Below, one piece after another: positions 47,221 through 58,436 of a DNA stretch of 64,000 bases. How positions within the stretch are numbered: position 1 is the stretch's first letter; every line of letters starts with the position of its first letter. The translations under genes were made by a program, and so were the position numbers. The DNA comes from Lama guanicoe (Eukaryota). The DNA is taken from the NCBI GenBank assembly GCA_013239625.1, contig MU053629.1, positions 2,321,567 to 2,385,566 on the forward strand, written 5' to 3'. The notes below the pieces were generated by a model. It was not told the origin of the DNA. It saw only the letters and a program-made list of their open reading frames with translations, and ran no database searches.

Positions 47221-50200
47221 ACCCAGGCAGAGTCTAGGCAGTTGGGATGAGGCAGAGGCCGTTGTAGAGATCCTAGACTCGTAGACTCGTCCTCTTTCAT
47301 TATCTGTCTTCTTTTACCAACTGTGGGCATGGTGGCTGTTACTGTTCCCATCCGATTGATGGGGAGACTGAGGCTCTGGTCAGTTTGATGGCTTGCTGAA
47401 AGTGGCCTGGGTTGCTGGGCTCGAACTCTGGTTACCATTGACTCCCTGTGCCGTCCAGGTCAGATCCTGAAGGGCCAAACTGTGTGTGTGTGTGTGTTGT
47501 GGTAGGTTTGTGGGTTCTGGAGTCCCTGTCTCAAGGAATCTTGAAGCTGTGACCGTGTCTGGTGGCTAGAGGACTGGAGAAGTTGCATTTTTCTCCCCTG
47601 TTTACGTTTCTGTGAGTCCCTTTCCCCTATGAGTCTGCCTTCTCCCCTGCTGGGGAGTCAGGCCCATGTAGGGGCTAATCCCCGCTCCTGCCTTCCCCAC
47701 ATCCCTGGGAGGGCTGACTCCCTGGAGGAGCTGGGAAGCTGGACCAGCAGTGCCCCTCGAACCTGCCTCTTACCCCTCAAAACCATCTTGGTCTGGGGTG
47801 GGATCAGGCACTCTGTGACCCCTGCTCTTGACTTGCAGACTCAGTTCTCTCAATAGCCACCTCATCTAAGCACACAGCCAGCACTTAACGTGTGACTGTG
47901 GAATGAATAAATTAGGGAGGGGCCTACTGAGGCTAGAAGATTTTGCTCCTGGTACCTTGGAGGTGGGGGGGGGTGTCTCAGCTTCTGCCCCTCCCAGACA
48001 AATGGAAGGGGATGTGTCTTTGCATGGATGAAAGATGAAGCCTTCACTCTTGGGCCAACCCTGGCCAGCTGGAGGCCAGGCTGCCTGTGTCCCTGTCAGT
48101 GCTCATCTCCCTACTTCCTAGGACCACTGACCAGGGGCAGCTGGGGTATCTGTCAACGTTCCCTGTAGTCCAGGCCCTGCATTTCTGTGGGATGGTATAT
48201 AAGTCACTTCCCCTCTCAGCTTGCATTTCCTCTTCTATAAAATATAGGGCCTGGCCTCCTCCCCAGGTTCTGATTGTAGTCCCTTCTCTCAGAGTGGCTG
48301 GAAGTAGGGGGCAAAGTCAGGCCACTATGATTTGCTGTGGTTGCTTGCTGACAGGGATGGGGCTGCCCCTCTACTCCTGTTGTGAGGGCCCAGGCTGTCT
48401 GGCTGTAGCCCCACCCCTTCTCCCAGAGGATGTGGGACAGGATTACTCCATCTCCTGATCTGCTATGGCCCCCAATTAAGGGAAGTTCTCCTGGGGCCTC
48501 CTGGGCCAATGGTTTGTCTCGTGGTCGGCCCAGCCCAGCCGTGTACTCCCTCTGGTCCTGAGTCTCTTGCTTTGCCATTTACTGACTCCAGATGCCAAAA
48601 GCTCCCCGCATACCTGGGCTATCTAAGGTCTTGCCTACCACCTCCCACACAGCCAGGGGCTCCATATCCCCTACTTCCCCTTTGGTATCTCTCTTTCGCC
48701 CATTTCTTCCTCTAGTCATTTCCCCTGGTTTCTCCAGGCCCCAGTGCCCATCCTCATTTCTCTAAAACACCTCTTAGATCATGGTCACCTGCTCTGCCCC
48801 ATGACCCTGGGCTGGCCTAATCATCTCACTCCCAAATGTCTGCTTTCAGTCCTCCCCCAGCTTTGAACTTCCTCCCCATGCCTCAGGCATCCTGGTGCCA
48901 AGCCCCCTCAGCCTCAGTGAACTCCTCCGTGCAATAGATTGGTAATTCCTTTCAGGCTGAGATTTGGTGAAGGGTGGCTCTGGGCACTGAGCTTCTATCC
49001 AGTTGTGTTCTCAGGGCCTCCATATCCCCATCTATAAAATGAGGGAGGTGGGCAGACCAGAAATGCCATGCCCTATGTGCAAAAGCTTTGAAAGCTGCAG
49101 GGATCAGTGTGAAGTATTGTTGCCACTGGAGTAGGGTTAAAAACCTTGAACTCAGGCTTTACTGTCCCTGCCCTGGGGTTCTGCCCCTCTTCCTCTCAGC
49201 CATGCCTTTCCCTGGCTTGGCCTCCAGCTCCCCAGTAGCTCCAGGTGGCTCGTTTGCCCTTACCTATCTAGAGAGAGGCAGGGCAGTGTCCTGTCCCAGC
49301 ACTTGACCGTGAGCTAATCTCTGGCCCTTTCTGGCCTGCGCTTTCTCCTCCTGAGAGTGTAGGGTCTGTGATACCCTTTGTGCCTTTCCTTCTCTGGGCC
49401 AAGGTGTGTGTCTCTTTCCCTCGTTCTGCAAGGGCTTCCCAAACTAACCCCAAGCCCTTACCCCGCCAGAGAGCTAAGATGTATTCCGCTGGGGAGGTGC
49501 TAGGACCCTCCCAGCAGGCTCAGGTCCTCTCAAGCGGGGATGCCCACCAACCCCCAGGCTGAGCACTTGCCTTGTGCAGGGTCTGTGTTGCCCTCATCAG
49601 ACTGGACGTTCCCCAGGGCAGAGCCTTTGCTTCCCCTCCCTGATCGCCCCATCACAGACCTCTGACGTGGGGGGTTCTTAGCAGGGTTTGGTCAGAACAT
49701 CATGGGGTTTAGTCAAAGGGCAAAGGTCATCATCATAAGCTCCCTGTGATGTGAGGTGCCAGCAAGTTCCCTTCTGCTGGTCTCTGTCCCTCTGTCATGG
49801 CCTGTGTTGTGGCTTTCCACCTGCTCCCTTCTGTGCACAGGGTTGGGGTGACCTGGCATCTTCTTCCTTTTTTTTTTCTTTTAAATGAATGACCCAGAGA
49901 CCCTCCCACCTCAGACAGAGTGGGGCCAGGCTGGCGCCCAGGGGTGCCTCAGAAGCAGCCCATGGTGGGCAGGGGAGGGCCTGAGTGAGGATGGGTGGGA
50001 GAGGAGAAGGCAAACAGAATGAACAGTGGTCAGCTGGTCAATAAGAGGAGAGGAGGCCGAGAAACTGGGCTGAGCAGGACAAAAACTCCCCTGTGAGCCC
50101 TGCCAAGGGGAGGGGCTGCTTATTAAAACTTACTGGGGCATAGCCCAGCCCCGGGTGGGAGAGTGTCTGAGGGGCAGGGAGAGGGCTGGGTGAAGGGTGG

Positions 50201-51314
50201 CCGGCAGGCAGGACTCTGACCTCCAGCCGGGCCTCTCCTCTGGCGGCTGTTGCTGTAGCTGATCCCTGACAAAGGGACCCTTCTCTGGGCTTTGGTTCCT
50301 GCCACCTCCAGCCCCTCAGTTGTCACTCTCCCCATCCCAAAGTGCCTTCTCTCCTCAGTCGCATCCTGGTCCCCTCATCCCTAAAAGCCCTGGACTTGCT
50401 TCTCTAGCTAGTCCAGTTGTGGTCTTCACTGGGCACTGCTCCACGACACCCAGAGGGGACAGTGGTCATGGCACCGGGTTCCAGCCTGGCCCCCGGAGCT
50501 TTCACGTGGCAGGAAGTTTTCACGTGCCAGGCTCTGGGTGAGGCAGGCAGGGGAGGTCACAAGTGGAGGGAGTTTAGAAAGGGGCGTGAGATCCCATGGG
50601 GTGGTGGGTGGGCCCCTGAAAACAGGAGGCGAGCTTGGAGTGAGGGGGGAGATCTGGGCAGCAGCTCCTTGCTCCACAGTCTCGTTTAGGAGAAGCCCAG
50701 AGTCTGCAGTCCTAGGAGGTGGCCAACTGCTGTAGCTGCTGAGGGAGGGGTGTGACGTGTGAAATGTGGGGGTGGGGCTTCCCATTTCTCACTTCTTCCC
50801 TTCCAGCCCTGGGCCTGGACTGGCTTGCAGGGGTCTCTGAGGGGATCAGGCCCCTGTGGGTCACACAGCCCAAGGGGCTAAACACAAGGTCTCTGGTAAT
50901 GCAGGGCGTTGGGTGCACGGTAGGGTGCTAGACCCTCTCCTTTCTTGTCGAACAGCCCTGAAGTGTGTCCCGTCCCCCACCCCCGGTCAGGGTGGCTCGT
51001 AACTGGGCTGTAGGCAAGCCTCCCACTTCCTCATTCCTCCATCTGGGAAGACCTCTTGGGACCATCCCACTTCCCTCTTGTCATCTACAAGTTAGAGAGA
51101 GACCCTGAGGGGGCACCTTGCTTTCCTGGAGCTCCTGGGGCACTGAGGCCCAGCAGCTGAGCCCAGAAAGGCCTCTTCTGGAATTCTGAGGCCCAGGGAG
51201 TGGGTCCCTGAGAGCAAGGGGATGGCAGTGACAACAGTAACAGTAATGACAGCTGCCATTTACTTTAAGTTTAGGGTATCCGAGGCACTGCTTTGTATGC
51301 CTTATCTTTTTGTC

Positions 51315-51420
51315 CAGAAACAAACATTTATTGAGTGCCGACTGTGTGCTAGACACCGTCTAGGCACTGGGGATACAGCAGTAAACAGAACAAAAATCCC
51401 TGCCCTCATGGAGTTATAAT
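51315..51420 (-). mobile_element. L2 3' end, antisense, inserted in a MIR (about 51240-51560)
   Basis: Contains caaacatttattgagtgccgactgtgtgctagacacc...aacagaacaaaaatccctgccctcatggag; the flanking MIR contains acagatgaagaaactgaggcttagagag. Confidence 0.8.
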
Positions 51421-52479
51421 CCTTGCAACTTCTGCTAATATTGTCATTTCACAGATGAAGAAACTGAGGCTTAGAGAGATCAAGTGACTTGCCTCTTGAC
51501 CTGGGTGGGACCTGGTCTGTGTGACTTGGTCTTCAAAGCTCAGACTCCTGCTCACTGGTGTGTGCAGTTCAGAGGGTGAGGAGGCCTCAGTGAGAGCCAG
51601 GCTGGGGCTCCTCCGCCACGATGGAGAGCAGGGAGGCTGTACCTGGCCCAGCCCCTGACAGCTCACCACACTTCTGTCTGAACTTGTCCTTCCAAAGGCG
51701 GTTGTGGTCACAGGGTATCCCTGGGGAGAATTATGCTCCTTTTAACTGGAACCCCTTTTTTTGGGCTTTATGTAAATTATAAAGTAGTCAAAATTAGTGC
51801 TGATTTCCTTCTAGCATCCTCTAGATTTTGACACGCTTCTTAACCCCCTCTCTTCCACCCTCCCCTTTACACTCACCACTGTGGGTACCAGTCACTGAAG
51901 CAAAGTGGTTAGCAAATTGGGTTTATTTTTGCACCCATTATGTGTAAAGGAACAGTGCTGGGTTCTGGGGACTAAGGGTGAATTCAACCCCATCTGGTAG
52001 CCATATACCTGGCACCCAGCTACCCAAGCAGGTAATCAAAGGGCACAAGATGTCGGTGGCTGGCCTGGAGGCTCCAGGGTGGCTGCCATGTCCTGGAGGA
52101 GGCCTTGAGTTTATTTTCTGTACCAGCCTGTGGTCGATGGCAGCATCCTTGATGCCCTTACCAGATAGGGTGACTGCTTCAACCTCCTGGCCTGGGGCGG
52201 GAGTGAGGGCAGAGGAGCTTCCTGCTTTGGGGCAGGATGCGGGGGCTGCAGAGTGGGCTCTCTAAAAGGGTAAGGGTAGAGAGGAAGATGACCACTCTGC
52301 CTGCCTGCTTCCTCCCTTCTGATCCTGCTTAAACGTCCTCTCCTCCTGGGGTCCTTCCTGGGCCACCCTGATCTGAACCAGATCCCCCGCTGTCCTCTCA
52401 TTCCCTGCTCTTCACTTCCCTTCAGTGTTTCATGAGCAAGCTTCTCACACTTGTTCATGTGTTCATGTCTGGTGTTTGT

Positions 52480-52850
52480 TCAGCTCCTCCTTCCCCTCAT
52501 TGCCAGCTCTATGAGGGCAAAGATGCATTACTTTTATTCTTCTCTGCCTCCTCCAGCACCTGTGACACTGTAGGTGCTCAGTACAATGTGTGTTCACTGG
52601 CTGAATGAACTCACGGGAGGAGGAATGGTGGAGGGGGGAAGAACATGGAGCCAGAGACCCAGTTTGAATTCTGATTCTGTCCTTCCAGCAGTGTGACTCT
52701 GGCAAGTCATCTTCCCACTCAAAGGAGCTTCCTAGTCTGCCAGGACATGTGGATAATGATGCTTCTGCCTGGGAGGGTAGTCGCACAACTTAAATGAGAC
52801 GGTGTATGTAAAACATAATACGGTGGCTCAGTATAAGGTGGCTGCTGTTA
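52480..52850 (+). mobile_element. L2 3' end followed by a MIR
   Basis: agctctatgagggca...taggtgctcagtacaatgtgtg...tgaatgaa, then agtttgaattctgattctg...tgtgactctggcaagtca. Confidence 0.7.
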
Positions 52851-53007
52851 TTACTGTTTTTCCTGGTGCTGGATCAAGAGTTTCTGCGTCAGGGGTTGTG
52901 GGGATGCTCACGTGGGGCGGTGTCAGTAGGTTTCCAGCAGAGGGACACATCCGTTGTGTGGCGTCATGGCAGCGGCCCTCACGCCGTGTCCCGGTGCTCT
53001 CTTACAG

Positions 53008-53157
53008 GGTGTGAAGGAGGCAGGCGAGAAGCCTCGGGGAGCACAGACGGCGGACAAGGCTGGCTGGATCAAGAAGAGCAGTGGGGGCTTCCTGGGGCTC
53101 TGGAAAGACCGCTATCTGCTCCTCTGCCAGGCCCAGCTGCTGGTCTACGAGAACGAG
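53008..53157 (+). CDS. PLEKHO2: PLEKHO2 exon 2: GVKEAGEKPRGAQTADKAGWIKKSSGGFLGLWKDRYLLLCQAQLLVYENE (start of PH domain)
   Basis: ttacag| acceptor and GAG|gtaagc donor; 150 nt. Confidence 0.96.
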
Positions 53158-55540
53158 GTAAGCGCCTGCCTGGTCTTGAGTTTGGGGGTGCCAGGGCAGG
53201 GAGCAAAGAGAGGGCAGCCCAGGCCAGCAGAGGATCCAGAACCAGGGCTGGAAGACCTTCTCCGCCTTTGACCTGCTGTGCAACCTTGGGCGATTGCCTG
53301 GTCTTCTCTGAGTCTGTGCCACACAGCGACAAAACCTCCAGGTGCAAGTCTGGAGCTTCTAGATGAGGGGCTCTTTGAGGCGCATGTGCATGGGGACGTG
53401 TGTGTCTCCTCAGCCTGACACCCACGCTAGGGGCTAGGTTCCACACATGTGACTCTTCCAGAAAACAGCCTTGCTCTACTCAGTGATGAGAGTAGAAATG
53501 ACACTTATGGCTCATGCTTATTTAGAGGTCTTACACACCTCTTGGACGATGCTCATGATAGTCCTGTGAGAGAGGTCGGCATGTTACATTCTACAGAGGA
53601 GGACCCTGAGGTCCAGGGCGGCCGAATCCTCTCCAGCGTTTCAGTGAATGAAGGTTAGATCTAGAACCAAAGTCAGGGCTCTCTCCACCCAGCTATGCCA
53701 GCAAGTAAACTCAAAAATTTATTTTTGGTTGGAAGTCCTCTAAAGTATGGTGAATGTTGTCTGCCTTCTTCCACAGAAGGTGCCGGCCTAAATGGAGGCT
53801 CTCCCTGGTAGCTCAGCGTCGCTGATGCCCAGACCGTTCCGTGCTGCAGGACCGTACTTTTCAGCTTTTCTTTCTCCTTTAACATCAAGCTGCCAGTTGC
53901 CATTTCTGCTGCCCTTGTGCCTTTCCCAGTCCTCATGTCTTCTCGCTTCAGGGAAGTGCCCATTTTCATTTCAGCAGGCTTAGAATTTGAACGACTAAGG
54001 ATTCGGAAGTTGCATGTTAAATAAGAGTCGAACCAGTTCTGGGTGAAGACCTGAGGAGGAAAGGTGGCTTCTACCTGGAGATGCTGAGGCTATCAGAGGG
54101 CCTGTCCCTAAAAATGGGCTAATCACTCTGTGCCTTTGACATGGGGGGTGGGTAGAACTGACCTTGGGGCAGAGGAAGAGAGTTCCTACCCTTCCCTATC
54201 AGCCTCTGTCAGCGTGCCTCAGGCTGTCTTGGCAAATTCATAATTGTTCCAGGCCAAGAAAGCTTGGGCAGCCAGATCTAGGTGTTTAAAGGAGCTGCCT
54301 TTAGAAGCACCTCATCTTTCCTGCCCGAGTCCCCAGGCTCATGGAGTTGGGGTGTCAGAGAAGCAGCTGGAGAAGGCCAAGGGGGTGCATGGTGCAGACA
54401 GCCCCCCAGATGTTCTGTACTGCTGCTGTCACCAAATTAGGTTGTGCTGTGGTGGCGGCAGGGGGCTATTTTTATAAATAAAGGGGGTTGTCAAAGCTTC
54501 CTCCAGTCTCAGCTGCCATAAGAGTTGAGTGGCAGGCCCCCAGCTGCCAGCCTGTCAGGCGCTGCCAGACTGTCCTGGGCCGCCTCTCTACATCTGGCCA
54601 CATCTGAGAAGCAGAAAGGATTTCACATCCCCTAAACGTGAAAAGTCTAAATCACACTTTAAAAAAAAAATCACTATTAAAAACCTCAGTGCAGTTTCAA
54701 GAACTTAGCACTTGGGGGTGGGGGAGCTTGGCTCAGGAGAAGGAATTGAGAAATGCTTATTAGTTCAATTTCTGTTTCTGATGTAAGGAACTAGGCGAGT
54801 GCGAATGGCTCTTGGCTGTTTCTTTGCTGTCAGTGAGGCTGACATTCCAAAAATGCTGCCCCCGCCCAGTGCCTGCTGGTTTATCCGATTCTTCTGAGCT
54901 GCAGAAGGGCCGGATGATTCAGCGTTTCAGGTTGAGAGGAGACCCAGGTCAGGCAGACATAGGGAGCCAGCTGGTGGAGATGGACTGACTTTTTGTTTCC
55001 AGGCAGAGGAGGGTATGTTTGGGCCAGGAAGAGGCCTGTGCACATGGGACAGGTGAGCCACACTCTCTGGGATGGGGAGTCCTTCCTGTAGTCTCACTCT
55101 GAGTCAGGCATTCAGTTCAGTGAACTTTTCCTATGTCCGCCACCCTTGAGGGCTGCCTCTTGTAGGGCGCTGTAGGGGGAGCAGAAAGGAGAGCAGACAC
55201 ATGCAGCAGAGGGTAGAAAGTGATGGCTTAGTAGGGAGTCAGGACTTTCTTCCCCGTGGCAGGGCATGTCTAGCACCTGGAATGACGCCTGCAGAGGTGC
55301 CCGCTGATGTGGGACCTCAGAGGAGGGAGAGAGCACTGAGGCTCGGGCTCATGCGAGTGGGCAGGGCAGCTTCCTGGCGCAGGTGGATTTTACCAGCCTT
55401 GTGTGGAGTGCAGGAACCTGGAAGGGATTGGAGACTAAGGGTTGGAAAGAGCTGCTGGAGGCAAAAATGGGGAGATACCTGGTTGGAAAAGATCAGGCTA
55501 CCTCTTCCCCTTTCTGTGAGGGGCTGAAGAGAAAGTAGAT

Positions 55541-55696
55541 CAGTGCTTACCCACCTTGGCTGTGGAGTCATCTGCTTTGAAAAATACTGATGTCTGGGCT
55601 CTACCCGCCAGGGATCCTGATGTAATTGGTCTGGGATGTTGCCTGGACATTGGGGCTTTTAAAGCTCCCAGGTGCTGCCAAGGTTGAGAACCTCTG
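55541..55696. mobile_element. MER5B-like hAT-Charlie MITE
   Basis: Termini cagtg...ggttgagaacctctg; internal aaaaatactgatg...tgtaattggtctggg...tttaaagctccccaggtg. Confidence 0.8.
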
Positions 55697-55704
55697 GTGT
55701 AGAG

Positions 55705-55885
55705 CAGAGGTTCCCAAACTTTTGCATACATCACAATCGTCTGGAGGGCTTAAAACTCAGAGTGCCAGGCCCGTTCTCCTAAGATTATGATTCAGTAGGG
55801 ATGAGGGCTGAGAATTTGCATTTCTGAAAAGTTCTCAGATGCCGCTGCTGCTGCTGGCCCAAGTACCACACCCGGAGGACCACTG
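55705..55885. mobile_element. MER5A-like hAT-Charlie MITE
   Basis: Reads cagaggttcccaaactt...gattcagtagg...gagaatttgcatttct...ccactg; 8-bp TSD gtgtagag (55697-55704) / gtgcagag (55886-55893). Confidence 0.85.
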
Positions 55886-56637
55886 GTGCAGAGCACCTGC
55901 CACTAAGCACTGCCCAGCCTCTGGCTGGGAGAAGTGTTGTAGCTGGAAGGAGCTCTGGCCTGGGAGTCAGAGGATGTGCATTTGAGTTTGGCCCTACCCC
56001 TTATATTTGGTTCTGTACTCCTAAGGCAAATCGCTTCGCCTCTTCCTCTATAGAGTGAGGCAAATATTGGGTCTCTGGGATTTCAGGGTGCTTGAAGGCT
56101 TGGAAGAATCAGGATGCAAACGTTTTACTAAGTATCAGGGTTTCTTAGTATATGTGGATTATCATGGACGGAAATTGGGGCATTTCCTCTGCAAATAATT
56201 GAGTCACTGCCTTCCAGACATTCCACCCAAAACTGCAGAGCACTGAGGCGGTCGCTGGTTGGATGCTGGTTCTGCATGATGTTAAGCGAAAGTTTGCTTA
56301 ACTTGTTGGCCAGTCTGGAGGGCCTGCATCTACTTTCCTGGAATCTCCAGAGTAAGAGTGCACCACACCCAGGAAGCTGTTCCAGCTGGGTCTCCCCTGG
56401 AAGAGGAACCAGCTGACCACCACTGAGGGAGGAGTGTGCCCCAAGCCGCTTGCTGGGGAGGCACCTACCTGGTGGGCAGAGCCCATTAGGAAGCCAGCAC
56501 TGAATGGCCAGGGCTGGTGGGCAGGAAGGCAGCCCAGCCAGTGTTCAGGGGTAGCTGAGAAGAGGCTGGCCACCAGCCCTACTAATGATGAGGCCTCAGG
56601 GTGGCAGGCTCGGGATGGGCGCTCTTGTGTGTGTTGA

Positions 56638-56741
56638 GGGGGGGTGGATAATTAGGTTTTCATTTATTTATTAGTGGAGGTACTGGGGATTGAACCCAGG
56701 CCCTTGTACTCACACTCTACCACTGAGCTATACCCTCCCCC
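56638..56741 (-). mobile_element. Vic-1-type camelid SINE (internally deleted)
   Basis: Contains taattaggt...tggaggtactggggattgaacccagg...ctctaccactgagctataccctcccc. Confidence 0.88.
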
Positions 56742-57353
56742 TGGGGTGGGTACTCTTGAAGGAACTCTTGCCCTCTCCCCTTGGCAGGCCATGGAGAGAG
56801 TGGCCTCTCACCCCAAGCCAAGGTCCTCAGGACTGTGGTCCTCAGTGGAGGAAGAGGCCAAGTGGGGAAGTCAGCTCAGGATCACTGTGGTGAAGGCAGG
56901 GTGCATAGCCCTGAACAAGCCTTATTTATGCTTCCCTCTGTGGCTCTGCCTGGGAAACCTTTTCTCCGCATCATTTTGTGATGACTTGCTTCTTCTTCCA
57001 GGCCACCTCCTTCACAGATCTCTGCTTGGCCCCTGGGCCTGCATGGACCCCCAAGAACACTTTCCTAAGCCTCTCCACCTTCCCCTGTTTCCTCCTTTGA
57101 GTCAGCCCTGCTACCTGAACCCCATTTCTCATGTGGATGGTGAGCCTGAGGGCATTCTCCCAACCATTACAGAATGAGCCCCATCTACTTGCCAAGGTCT
57201 GAATTCTGCATCTTGGTGGTTGACTGGCAGCCCAAGGTCCCCCTCTGACCAAGTGATGCCCTGACTGAGTGGAATCAGGGTCTGGGGCGAGGCCTGGGTA
57301 TTGAGGGTCTGGGTGCATCTAGCTCTCACCGTGTCCCCTGTCTTCCTCCCCAG

Positions 57354-57470
57354 GACGAGCAGAAGTGTGTGGAGACAGTGGAGCTGGGCAGCTATGAGAA
57401 GTGCCAGGACCTTCGTGCCCTCCTCAAGCGGAAACACCGCTTTATCCTGCTGCGGTCCCCAGGGAACAAG
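57354..57470 (+). CDS. PLEKHO2: PLEKHO2 exon 3: DEQKCVETVELGSYEKCQDLRALLKRKHRFILLRSPGNK
   Basis: cccag| acceptor and AAG|gtaggg donor; 117 nt. Confidence 0.96.
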
Positions 57471-58324
57471 GTAGGGCTCGGCCCACCGCTGGCTGACCTC
57501 CCTCCAGGCCAGGATCTGCTTGGGAAGATCCCCCCTGGAAGGCTGTCTAAGACAGGCTGGGCCCCTGGATGCAACCTGTTGGTTCTCTGTGAAGTGTGGC
57601 TGAAGCTCAAACCCAGGGGCGGCCACCATTTGGACCTTTGGCTCGTTTTGCCTTGGAGTCCCCCAGCCCCTGGTTGATAGGAGGTGCATTTAGGGCTCTG
57701 CTGAGAGCTCTGCTCTCCTTCCAGGCCCTGGGGCCTCCTTCCCGGGCTAGAGTTGGAAAGTAGCCTTTGGGAGGTGGGGCCCTTGGCCTTCTCCCACACC
57801 CTGGACACAGGAGGCCCAGGACTGAGGCAAGAAAGCTGGGGAATGAGGCCGTCACCCCTCGTAGTCAGGCGGCCACACCTTCTCTCATCCCAGGCCTTCC
57901 CGGGTGGGCCACCCCTCCTACCCTCCATCCTAGACTCAGTACTTGGACCCACAGCCTCCCAACTTTCCTCCCCTTGCATGGTCCTTTCTTGGCTGAAGCT
58001 GGAGAACGTCTCTTGCCTGAGAGCTTCTTTCCCTGGGACATGCTGTGTATACAGATGAAGTTCACTCTTTGCACCCAGCGTCTCTGGCGGGGAGGCCGGG
58101 TGGGTGTTGACATGTGGCGGAGTTTCACAGATGTCAGGAGGGAATTCAGATTGGAGGCTGGTGCGCCCATCTGCAGCCAGGCCGCGCCTCGTCCCGCCCC
58201 AACCTCTGCGCGTCATGTGGAGCAGGGCTGAGTCACAGAGGCTGGGGACTGGGGAGCAGGCCTGGTCTGGGCTTGCCTGAGGCCATTCTGTTTCTTCCCC
58301 AGCCTTTTGTGTGTGTTCGATAGC

Positions 58325-58436
58325 GGGGGAGGTAATTAGATTTATTTATTTATTTTTAATGGAGGTGCTGGGGATTGAACCCAGGACCTTATGCATGCTA
58401 AGCATGTGCTCTAGCACTGAGCTACATGCTGCCCCC
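58325..58436 (-). mobile_element. Vic-1-type camelid SINE
   Basis: Contains gggggaggtaattagatttatttatt...ggaggtgctggggattgaacccaggaccttatgcatgctaagcatg...actgagctaca. Confidence 0.9.

Noticed and set aside
57392..58216. 274-aa minus-strand ORF in PLEKHO2
   Set aside because: Non-ATG start, no domain, overlaps exon 3 antisense; consistent with chance in GC-rich intron.
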